The translations under genes and the position numbers were made by a program. From positions 352,001 through 416,000 of the forward strand of contig CAWCNY010000002.1 in NCBI GenBank assembly GCA_963797095.1: a stretch of 64,000 nt of DNA, read 5' to 3'. The notes beneath the pieces were generated by a model. The model had not been told where the DNA came from, did no database searches, and saw nothing but the letters and a program-made list of their open reading frames with translations. Positions 55,854 to 64,000 of this stretch are shown in pieces. Position 1 is the first letter of the stretch. Every line of letters starts with the position of its first letter. The stretch comes from an uncultured Chloroflexia bacterium (GTDB taxonomy: Bacteria; Chloroflexota; Chloroflexia; QHBQ01; JADMIH01).

Positions 55854-56858
55854 CTATTTACCGCGCCAGTCGTCCACCATCCACTTCACAGATGCGGCAT
55901 AACTTGACGGACTATTGCCATCGTCGGCGGGAGCATACACGGGCACAATATCATCTACGGTGCGGAGGCCCCACTGGTTGATATAGAGGTCTGTGATCAG
56001 TTTGTACCAGTCCTCCATGCCTGCTACCCATGAAGGGTACATACGATAGCCGCTGTAGTTGTCCCAGCCTGGCGACCAGCGGACGTTGCCGAGCGACTTT
56101 GTGAAGCGCGCCACACCCTTAGTGCCGCATGCGCTCTCGTGCACGAAGAAGGCAAGGGCATAGGCAGGGTTGATGTCGTAGCTGACGCCCAGGTCGTAGA
56201 GTTGCTGGCCGAGGCCGGTGGCTGGAGAACCGTACTTCTGCAAGACAAACTCGATTTGCGCCACACTTATGCTTGGCGCGCCGATCAGGCTGTAGTTGCC
56301 ATCGCTCGCGCTGGAGTGGGGTACTACCTGTGAAACTCCCTCCCCTGGAGTAGTGCCCACGTCGATCACAGGAGCGGCGACCTCAGGACCGGAGATCGCG
56401 CCCTGGCTCTGCTCGCTGTAGCGGCTGATTGCGCCGGGTGAGACGGCGAAGGCGGGGGTGACGAAGACGAACGCGAGCACCGCCAGCACCACGACCGCCA
56501 CCACAGCCCAGGCCCCGGGCGTTACAAGATTGCCGAATACCTTCCTCGATGCTGCTTCGTCCACGTCCCATTCATCATAGGGGTCGACATCGGGGGACGT
56601 GGGTCGAAGCACGAACTGGGAGGGACGACGGGTCGGCGAGTACGAGGACTGAGCCGGAAGCTGGCCGAGGTCGCCACCAGCGAGAGCGCCTGCGTTGACC
56701 GCCCATGTTCCGGCCCGTGCCGTGTCGAATACCCTTATCAGGCCACTATCGTGTTTGCTCGCCCGACCCGTCTGTGCAATACGAGGATCGCTTACTGCGG
56801 TTCTCGCATAGGCTGAAACCGGTGCGGCGGACCCGTAAGCCGAACCCTGGCGGCTCAC
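55854..56858 (-). CDS. Membrane-anchored glucosaminidase/lysozyme-like (GH73-related) peptidoglycan hydrolase
   Basis: Disordered N-terminus, one TM, then INPAYALAFFVHESACGT..GN..Y.SW..G..DWY..YAP..D.N.P..Y. Confidence 0.75.
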   Translation of the reverse strand: MSRQGSAYGSAAPVSAYARTAVSDPRIAQTGRASKHDSGLIRVFDTARAGTWAVNAGALAGGDLGQLPAQSSYSPTRRPSQFVLRPTSPDVDPYDEWDVDEAASRKVFGNLVTPGAWAVVAVVVLAVLAFVFVTPAFAVSPGAISRYSEQSQGAISGPEVAAPVIDVGTTPGEGVSQVVPHSSASDGNYSLIGAPSISVAQIEFVLQKYGSPATGLGQQLYDLGVSYDINPAYALAFFVHESACGTKGVARFTKSLGNVRWSPGWDNYSGYRMYPSWVAGMEDWYKLITDLYINQWGLRTVDDIVPVYAPADDGNSPSSYAASVKWMVDDWRGK

Positions 56859-57679
56859 TTGCTCACCTCGCCAGGGTTGGTGGCGGTGCTGCCGTTGGGG
56901 GCAGAGGGTGTCTGGCGCTGAGCCTTTTCAATGGCTAACCTCTCTTCAGTGGTGGCAAGCCTGAACGAACTGCCGTCGTTGAGATAGAGCAATTGCTCGT
57001 TCTTGACCGACACTATCAGGTCAGCAAGGCCATCCGCATTGAGATCGGTCGAAGCCAGGGTCACGGCGGTGAGGTCCTCGCCCTGCCCGAACAGGTAAGG
57101 CCCGACGATTGTGCTAACTTTGGTGCTGTCGCCGCCGGGCATCTCAAGGATAGTCACGCGCCTGTTGAGGTTCATGGCGACGAAGTGAGACGGCACACCA
57201 TCGGTCTCGCTGTGGCCCACGTAGGCATCCATCTGCATGGTGCGGGGTCTGCCGTATTGCAGATCGTCCAGCTTGACCTGGGTCCACTCGACGGCGGCGC
57301 TGATCACTATATAAAGGACGGCAAGAAGGGCCACAGACCCGGCTATCAACATAACCGATCGTGCTTCGACCACCTTTTCAGCGCCGGTAACTGTCCTGGC
57401 TTGACCTTGAGCCACCTGCCGCTGGGCATTGGGTTGAGGTCTGGTGGGCGTAAGTCGCTCCGCAGCTTTCTCGCGCCGCCAGGGAAGGGAAATCTCCTTG
57501 GGGCGTGGGGCTGGCGGTGCCTGCACCTGAGCAACGGCCCTGAGCTGCGGCACAGCAGTAAATAGCTCGTCGTCCAGCCCATCGAGGGGCATCCAGGCCC
57601 CAGTCTTTTGCCTATCGCTTTCGTTATCCCAGTCTACCTGGCGCGCATTAGCTCCATTTGATCGAGCGTTGGTAGCCAT
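56855..57679 (-). CDS. Hypothetical single-TM protein with DxNxDG (FG-GAP/EF-like) Ca-binding motif
   Basis: TM at about aa 110-130; DDLQYGRPRT..AYVGH; SHFVAMNL; DLNADGLADLIV; GTGA-coupled to the glucosaminidase. Confidence 0.75.
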   Translation of the reverse strand: MATNARSNGANARQVDWDNESDRQKTGAWMPLDGLDDELFTAVPQLRAVAQVQAPPAPRPKEISLPWRREKAAERLTPTRPQPNAQRQVAQGQARTVTGAEKVVEARSVMLIAGSVALLAVLYIVISAAVEWTQVKLDDLQYGRPRTMQMDAYVGHSETDGVPSHFVAMNLNRRVTILEMPGGDSTKVSTIVGPYLFGQGEDLTAVTLASTDLNADGLADLIVSVKNEQLLYLNDGSSFRLATTEERLAIEKAQRQTPSAPNGSTATNPGEVSK

Positions 57680-57732
57680 TGTCTTCCCTCCAAATTGATG
57701 AGATGAGTAGTTGCGGAATTACCGAGTTGATA

Positions 57733-58008
57733 TCAGTTATCGGACAGGTAAGGTATCGACATGAGCGCGCAGTATGGGCGCAGGAGCCTGCCGAGGTAGG
57801 AGTTGGGGTTGGCGACCGCGTCGGTTTCGCCAGCTGTGGCTACCTGCCACTCGCCACGCTTGTCGGGCATCTCTATGAGTAGAAGGGCAGGGGTCATGCG
57901 CTTGAAGACGTTGCTTGGCGCAGAGGCTTCGGCCCAAAGGGGGGCTAGCTCCGCACCCTCAGGCCTTTCCCGGTTGAACTCCGAGCCCTCTTTGTGGTAT
58001 CGTTGCAT
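57733..58008 (-). CDS. Small hypothetical protein
   Basis: 91 aa, RBS GGAGA; first ORF after the SOS-box promoter. Confidence 0.5.
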   Translation of the reverse strand: MQRYHKEGSEFNRERPEGAELAPLWAEASAPSNVFKRMTPALLLIEMPDKRGEWQVATAGETDAVANPNSYLGRLLRPYCALMSIPYLSDN

Positions 58009-58036
58009 CGCTGAGTCTCCGTTCCAGTGTTAATCA

Positions 58037-58095
58037 GCACAACTGTTCTAATATCTTATAGCCGGATGATATATTAGAACAAGTGTTCAAGTCAA
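58037..58095 (-). promoter_or_regulatory. Promoter TTGACT-N18-TATCAT with LexA (GAAC-N4-GTTC) operators
   Basis: GAAC-AAGT-GTTC at 58077-58088 lies between -35 (58090-58095) and -10 (58066-58071); a second, degenerate GCAC-AACT-GTTC lies at 58037-58048. Confidence 0.7.
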
Positions 58096-58201
58096 TAGGG
58101 TTTTCCACATATTTGGAGCGCTTTGGGTACGAGTTCCTAGTTCCTGGGTTCATGGTTCCTGGGTTCTGGCGTCAAATATTGTCAACCGACAACCGAAAAC
58201 T

Positions 58202-58963
58202 GTGAAAGTTGTTCTATTCGATTTCCATAACACCCTGGTTACTTGCGACGATTGGCTTGACCTTGAGATCAATACGCTGCCATCGCTTGCGCTTGACCTG
58301 TTGCGGGCCAACGGGGACCTGGGCCACACACCACAGCATGATGGCGCCGAGGCCAGGCAGCGTTTCAAAGTGGTGCGGCAACGTGCGCGAGAATCGGGCG
58401 TTGAGGTGAGTGCAGTTGAGGGTGTGCATCTGGTGCTGGCCGATATGGGCTATCGCCCCACTTTCGAGGCAATCGAGGAGGCCGTAGCAGTGCTTGAAAA
58501 GCATTGCCTATTGCAGGTAGAGGCAATCGAGGGGGCGCTTGTCGCGCTGCAACAGTTACGCGATGACGGCTATACGCTTGGTGTCGTATCGAGCGCGGGC
58601 TGGCCGCCATTCGTGGAGATGGCCCTCGAACAGGAGGGGATGCGCTCGTTCTTCAGCGCCGTGATCACTAGCGCGGGCGAAGGGATTTACAAGTCGGACC
58701 CTCAGATATTTCGGGGGGCCTGCGACCGCCTCGGCTCGAAGCCCGAAGAAACCGTGCACGTTGGTGATCACGCTAAGTATGATGTTCAGACCGCCCGTAA
58801 GGCGGGACTGCATACGGTGTGGTTCAATGCTCACGCAAGGCGTACAGCCCTGCTGCACAACGCCGATTGGGAGGAATTGGAGCGCCAGGGCAACGAAGCC
58901 GACGTGGTGATTGAGCGCATGTCACAGGTGGCTGGCGCGATCAGGAGTGCTCTGCTACAATAA
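58202..58963 (+). CDS. HAD-superfamily hydrolase
   Basis: Motifs VLFDFHNTL, VVSS, KSDPQIF, HVGD..YDV..A..AG. Confidence 0.85.
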   Translation: MKVVLFDFHNTLVTCDDWLDLEINTLPSLALDLLRANGDLGHTPQHDGAEARQRFKVVRQRARESGVEVSAVEGVHLVLADMGYRPTFEAIEEAVAVLEKHCLLQVEAIEGALVALQQLRDDGYTLGVVSSAGWPPFVEMALEQEGMRSFFSAVITSAGEGIYKSDPQIFRGACDRLGSKPEETVHVGDHAKYDVQTARKAGLHTVWFNAHARRTALLHNADWEELERQGNEADVVIERMSQVAGAIRSALLQ

Positions 58964-59016
58964 ATAGACGTCCCGCGAATATAAGTCAATAACTATTTCA
59001 AGACCAAGAGACCAAT

Positions 59017-60480
59017 ATGCCCCAGGAAAAAACCAACGAACAGGCTCTACCAAACCGTACAACCGATTTCCCCGGCTGGTACCACGATGTTGTAATGCGT
59101 GCCGAACTGGCCGAGGAGGCCCCGGTGCGTGGCTGCATGGTTGTGCGGCCCTACGGCTGGACGCTGTGGGAGAACGCGCAGGCCATCCTTGACCGCCGCT
59201 TCAAAGACACAGGCGTGGTGAATGCCGCCTTCCCTCTGCTCATTCCTCGGTCGTACCTGGTGCAGGAGGCCGACCATGTGGAGGGCTTTGTGCCGGAGGT
59301 GGCCTGGGTAACACAGGTAGGCTCAGGCCAGGAAGAACTTGCCGAGCCGTATGCGATCCGGCCCACATCCGAGGCGATCATCGGCCCCATTTACGCGAAG
59401 TGGGTGCAGTCGTATCGCGACCTGCCGATCTTGATCAACCAGTGGTGTTCCGTCATGCGCTGGGAGAAGCGGCCCCGATTGTTCCTCAGGACGTCCGAAT
59501 TCTGGTGGCAGGAGGGTCACACCTGCCACGCCAGCGAGGCGGAGGCCGAGGAGCGCACGCGACAGATGCTGGAGGTCTACAGGGCTTTCCTCGAAGAAGA
59601 TATGGCGATACCGGTAATACCGGGCCTCAAGTCGGAAGCGCAGAAGTTCCCCGGCGCGCTCCGAACCTATACGGTGGAGGCGATGATGGGCGATGGCAAG
59701 GCTCTCCAGTCGGGCACATCGCACAACCTGGGCGACCACTTCGCCCGCGCCTACGACATCCAGTACCTGGACGAGTCGAACCAGCGCCAGTACGCCTGGA
59801 CCACATCATGGGGGATGTCCACGCGCATCATCGGGGCCACGATCATGGTGCACGGCGACCAGCAGGGCCTTATTCTGCCGCCTCGCGTGGCTCCCCACCA
59901 GGCTGTGATCGTGCCGATCTACCGCACCGACGACCAGAAGGGGCCCGTGCTCGAAGCGGTTGATCGGGCCGCCGCGATACTGAAAGGTGCCGGCGTGCGG
60001 TTGAAAGTTGACGCTTCGGATGCGCGCTCCGCAGGGTGGAAGTTCAACGAGTGGGAGTTGAAAGGAGTGCCTTTGCGGGTTGAGATCGGCCCGCGCGACG
60101 TCGAGAACAACTCCGTTGTGCTGGCTCGCCGCGACCGCCCTGGCAGGGGGGGCAAGGAGTTTGTGCAGACTGATGCGTTGGCGGCTCGCGCTTCCGAGTT
60201 GCTGGACGACATTCAGCGATCGCTCTTCCGGCGAGGCGCAGAGTTTCGTGATGCGAACACGGTTGATGTGCGAACGGTGGTAGAGCTTACCGAAGCGGTA
60301 ACGTCGAGCAAGTTCGCGCGTGCCTACTGGTCGGGTGACCCGGTGGGCGAGGAGCGCATAAAGCAGGAGACCGGGGCCACGGTCCGGTGTATTCCGCTCG
60401 ACCAGCCTGATGTTGCAGGTCAGTGCATCACCAGCGCGGTTAGCACCACGCAGCAGGCGATCTTCGCCAGGGCATATTGA
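59017..60480 (+). CDS. proS: Proline--tRNA ligase (archaeal/eukaryote-like type, no editing insertion)
   Basis: Motifs VRGCMV.RPYG, IRPTSE, RWE..PRLFLRT.EF.WQEGH, LQSGTSH.LG, SWG.STR.IG; C-terminal FARAY. Confidence 0.95.
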   Translation: MPQEKTNEQALPNRTTDFPGWYHDVVMRAELAEEAPVRGCMVVRPYGWTLWENAQAILDRRFKDTGVVNAAFPLLIPRSYLVQEADHVEGFVPEVAWVTQVGSGQEELAEPYAIRPTSEAIIGPIYAKWVQSYRDLPILINQWCSVMRWEKRPRLFLRTSEFWWQEGHTCHASEAEAEERTRQMLEVYRAFLEEDMAIPVIPGLKSEAQKFPGALRTYTVEAMMGDGKALQSGTSHNLGDHFARAYDIQYLDESNQRQYAWTTSWGMSTRIIGATIMVHGDQQGLILPPRVAPHQAVIVPIYRTDDQKGPVLEAVDRAAAILKGAGVRLKVDASDARSAGWKFNEWELKGVPLRVEIGPRDVENNSVVLARRDRPGRGGKEFVQTDALAARASELLDDIQRSLFRRGAEFRDANTVDVRTVVELTEAVTSSKFARAYWSGDPVGEERIKQETGATVRCIPLDQPDVAGQCITSAVSTTQQAIFARAY

Positions 60481-60531
60481 GCCTGGTCTGTAGGCACATG
60501 ATTATGCCCTCCCTCGTTCGCAGCTATTTGA

Positions 60532-61691
60532 ATGTCGCACACTGAAGACCTGTCGATCACCATCCAGGTGGTAGCCCGACTGGTGCGATTACTCTATGCT
60601 ACTGAGGTTGAACTTATCGATTGGCGACTGGACCCGATCAATGTGGTGCCCGGCCAATCGACGGGGGGTTTGTATCGCCTTTCCGCTACGGCGCGGAGCG
60701 CGGGCATTATGGAACAGTGGAGGTTTGTGCTGAAAGTGGTGGCGCTCCCGCCGAACGCCGAGCCATTCTTTACCGAGCCGGACCAGCCTCTCTACTGGAA
60801 ACGAGAAATCCTCGCATACCAGTCGGGCCTTCTCGATGCTCTACCTGGAGGGCTTAAGGCACCGCGTTGTTTTGAGGTTGCCGAGCAGCCCGATGGCTCT
60901 TACCATCTGTGGATGGAGGACGTTACGAACATGTATGGCCTGGTGTGGCCGCTCGATCTCTACGGGCCAGCCGCGCACATATTGGGTGCATTCAACGGCG
61001 CTTATCTCACCGGGCGAACTATTCCATCCGATATATGGCTTGTAACCGAAGCTACTGCAGCGCAACGGGGCGCAATCGCACATAATGACTGGCTGCGCTA
61101 TCTCGTTGCAGACCCTCGCACATGGCAGCATCCCCTGCTCCGCTCTACTTTTCCAACGGATACCGCCTCGCGTCTCCTCGACCTGTGGGATGCCCACGAC
61201 ACTCTGTTTGACACTATGGCACGCTTCCCACAGACGCTTTGCCACCTGGATGGCTGGCAGGGCAATCTCTTCTTTCCTCCGTCAAACGATGAACATCATA
61301 GTATCACTGCAATCGACTGGGCATCGGTCGGGCGAGCGGCTCCTGGCGTCGATGCGGGCGATCTGCTTGCCAGCTTTTTTCTGTTTCGCGTTCAGCCCGC
61401 CGACATCCGTGCCCTTGATAGCACGATATTTGGGGTTACATGGCAGGACTGCGAGAGGCCGGGTTGGAAGGCGACGACCGCCAGATACGTTTCAGATTTT
61501 GTGCATTCACCGCCCTCAAATACGCGCTGCGGGCGCATTGGCTGACAGGTGTGGCCGACGAAAGCAAGTACGCTGTGTGGGAGCTTCACTCGCGCCACTC
61601 GATGCGCGAATTTATGGAGAACCAGGCCATCTTTCTCACATATCTTCTTGATCTTGCGGACGAAGCGCGTGCGCTCCTCGCATCGCTGTAA
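60532..61691 (+). pseudogene. APH/choline-kinase-like phosphotransferase, frameshifted
   Basis: VLK, YWKRE..AY, TLCHLD...GNL and IDW in the first frame. The natural-looking C-terminus GYMAGLREAG..ALKY continues in another frame from the G-run at 61432-61435. Confidence 0.65.
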
Positions 61692-61744
61692 GGTGCTTGC
61701 TTGCCGCGCCTGCGTGGGTGCGCTATGCTAATCTCAGACGATTC

Positions 61745-62860
61745 ATGTCACGCCTCCTCACCATTCTGCTCGGTGTTGCCCTGTTGCTCTTGCTGGCCGC
61801 AGGCTTTATGCCGGCGCTGCCTGCTTCACCACAAACTTCCGTAGCCACTCCAACCCCCACCGTTCCGCCCCAGGCCCAGGTCATAAACACCAAGATCGGG
61901 CTTCACACTCGCCTGTCTGACGAACCTGACCCAGCCAATATCAGCCGCGAGTTTCAACTCTTGCACGCAATGGGGACGACCTGGGCCACCGAGTTCTTTC
62001 CCTGGCTCTACATCCAGCCATCGGACCGCAACCGGTTCGACTGGTCGCACACCGACCTTGTGGTAAATGCGGCTGCTGCCAATGGGATCACGCTGATAGC
62101 TCGCCTGGATGGTGTTCCTGAGTGGGCGCGTCCGGCCAATACCACCTGGAAGTACATTGATCCTGACTATTACGATGCCTATGCTGATTTTGTCTACGCA
62201 TTCGTCCAGAGGTACAAAGACTGCGTACATTACTTCGTGATCTGGAACGAGCCAAACACCGCCGCCGAGTGGGGAGGCCGCAAGCCCGATCCCACAGCAT
62301 ACACCGAGCTCCTGAAGCGCGCGTATACACGTGCCAAAGAGGCCGACCCCACGGCCACAATCCTGCTGGCCGGGCTGGCCCCCAACCTTGAGGGTGAGAA
62401 CAGCACCCTTGCCCTCAACGACCTGGTGTATTTAGACCGCCTTTACGATGCTGGTGCTGCATCTTACTTCGACGGCGTGGCGGTGCACGCTTATGGCCTG
62501 CGAGCCCCACCTGACGCCCCTTCGGCCCCGGACCGCCTCAACTTCGCCCGCGCCGCACAGACCCATGAGGGTATGGTCAGGCGCGGGGACGGCGCGAAGC
62601 CGATCTTCATCACCGAAGGCGGTTGGAATGACAGCCCGCGCTGGTCATACGCCGTCAAGCCCTATGAGCGGGTGGAATACACGATAGGAGCATATAAGTT
62701 GGCCGAAACGTGGCCCTGGTGCAAGGCGGTCACGCTCTGGATGTCCCGCCTACCTACCGCCGCACATACTTACTTCGACAACTACACCTTCCTGACGCCC
62801 GATTTCATTCCGAAGGCGATCTACCTGGAGGTGCAGAAATATGCTTTTTCGGGCGAGTAA
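61745..62860 (+). CDS. Secreted clan GH-A glycoside hydrolase (GH39/GH5-like)
   Basis: Signal peptide; IWNEPN (acid/base); AVHAY; FITEGGW (nucleophile). Confidence 0.85.
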   Translation: MSRLLTILLGVALLLLLAAGFMPALPASPQTSVATPTPTVPPQAQVINTKIGLHTRLSDEPDPANISREFQLLHAMGTTWATEFFPWLYIQPSDRNRFDWSHTDLVVNAAAANGITLIARLDGVPEWARPANTTWKYIDPDYYDAYADFVYAFVQRYKDCVHYFVIWNEPNTAAEWGGRKPDPTAYTELLKRAYTRAKEADPTATILLAGLAPNLEGENSTLALNDLVYLDRLYDAGAASYFDGVAVHAYGLRAPPDAPSAPDRLNFARAAQTHEGMVRRGDGAKPIFITEGGWNDSPRWSYAVKPYERVEYTIGAYKLAETWPWCKAVTLWMSRLPTAAHTYFDNYTFLTPDFIPKAIYLEVQKYAFSGE

Positions 62861-62909
62861 CGAGTGACGAGTGGCGTATGACAGTGCTGAAAGAGACGGA
62901 TTGGGATTT

Positions 62910-63701
62910 ATGCGACAGTTGGTGATCAATCTTTTTATCGTAATGGGGCTTGGGATTGTGGCCTTGCTTACCTGGGCCGGGCAACAGCATCCCGCCGATC
63001 CTTATCTTCAGGATATAGAGGCGCGGGGTGTTTTGCGGGTGGGGCTTGATCCGACGTACCCGCCTTTCGATGCTCTCCAGGATGCGAAGCCGGTGGGGTA
63101 CGATGTTTCGCTGGCGAACGCTCTCGCCGCCGACCTGGGGGTGCGCGTCGAGTACCACACCCTTTCCATTGACATACTTTACGATGCCCTCGCTTCCAAG
63201 CAGGTGGATATTCTGGTCTCGGCGCTCCCCTTCGTGTACGAGCGCCAGAAGGAGGTGCGCTACTCGGTTCCTTATTACCAATCAGGAGAGGTGCTGGCAA
63301 TCCGCTCCGGTGATACGTCGATCCGGTCGATGCAGGACCTGGGAGGCAGGATCGTGGCGGTAGAGCTTGGCTCGAACGGCGATACGGAAGCCCGCTTGCT
63401 TGCTCGCGAGATCACACCAACAAGCGATCTGCACTCCACGTATCGCTCGCCCGATGAGGCATTGGACGCTCTCGCCAATGGGATGGCGGACGCAGCCATT
63501 GTAGATAACCTGTCGGTTCAGACCTATATTGCCGCCCACCCAGGCACGCTTGATGTGATACAACCGCCTCTTACCGACGAGCCTTATGTGGTAGCTATGC
63601 CGGTTGGGGCAGATGCCCTGGCCGACTGCGTAAATGCCACCATCGAGCGGCTTCGCGCCTCGGGCGAGCTGTCACAAATGCTTAATACTGTAATCCCTTA
63701 A
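62910..63701 (+). CDS. Amino-acid ABC transporter substrate-binding protein (family 3)
   Basis: Motifs GVLRVG.D.TYPPF, G.DV.LA..LA, YS.PYY, DL.G..VAV..GS. Confidence 0.88.
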   Translation: MRQLVINLFIVMGLGIVALLTWAGQQHPADPYLQDIEARGVLRVGLDPTYPPFDALQDAKPVGYDVSLANALAADLGVRVEYHTLSIDILYDALASKQVDILVSALPFVYERQKEVRYSVPYYQSGEVLAIRSGDTSIRSMQDLGGRIVAVELGSNGDTEARLLAREITPTSDLHSTYRSPDEALDALANGMADAAIVDNLSVQTYIAAHPGTLDVIQPPLTDEPYVVAMPVGADALADCVNATIERLRASGELSQMLNTVIP

Positions 63702-63728
63702 TCCGATATCCACATCCGATATCCACAC

Positions 63729-63912
63729 TCAAGCCCAAGAGAAGCGAGGCAGAGCCTGAGCAGCTATATCGAATTCTACAACCAAGAGCGGCTGCACCAA
63801 GCACTTGGCTACCAAACACCGGCCAATATCTATCATCAAATCAACACTGAGAAAGGAGTAAGTTCCACCTTATCTTTGGCCTCCTAGTTGTCTTGACAAA
63901 GAGTACACCTTA
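63729..63912 (+). mobile_element. IS3-family remnant (transposase C-terminus plus right end)
   Basis: Translates as SSPREARQSLSSYIEFYNQERLHQALGYQTPANIY, an integrase-core tail, followed by IR-like TTGTCTTGACAAAGAGTACACCTTA. Confidence 0.75.
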
Positions 63913-64000
63913 CTCGGTTGTTTCCGACATAGCTTCGGTAGTTAATCTTTCCATAAGCCACATACGAATTAACGTTTGATAGCCAAGACCTTTGCTTCTT

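Overview
A GC-rich bacterial chromosomal segment, most likely from Chloroflexota. The evidence is Cys-looped SLH surface proteins, a large-type SRP RNA, ClpC, an archaeal/eukaryote-type ProRS and a Gram-positive-type SOS box. Housekeeping genes are obgE, ffs, tRNA-Ser(GGA), tRNA-Ser(CGA), tRNA-Arg(GCG), nadD, radA, clpC, rpsA, rdgB and proS. They are interspersed with a GT-C glycosylation cluster, secreted or surface proteins, one complete IS701-like element, an IS3 remnant and many small repeats. The most notable observations are: (1) a 493-aa LAGLIDADG intein with an embedded XRE-type HTH in the Walker A motif of bacterial RadA/Sms; (2) a PspA + SPFH + DUF2207 + winged-helix/Zn-ribbon membrane cluster, with SigW-like ECF promoter motifs also seen upstream of a distant LiaF/LiaI-like gene; (3) a LexA-boxed three-gene operon ending in a membrane-anchored glucosaminidase; (4) an orphan CcrM-like methyltransferase; (5) a CLCA-like metalloprotease in an SLH-anchored protein; (6) ribosomal protein S1 with a roughly 350-aa acidic N-terminal extension; (7) a promoter, leader peptide and terminators upstream of a RIO1 kinase; (8) 7-bp periodic intergenic arrays. 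All family assignments come from motif recognition by eye; no database searches were run.
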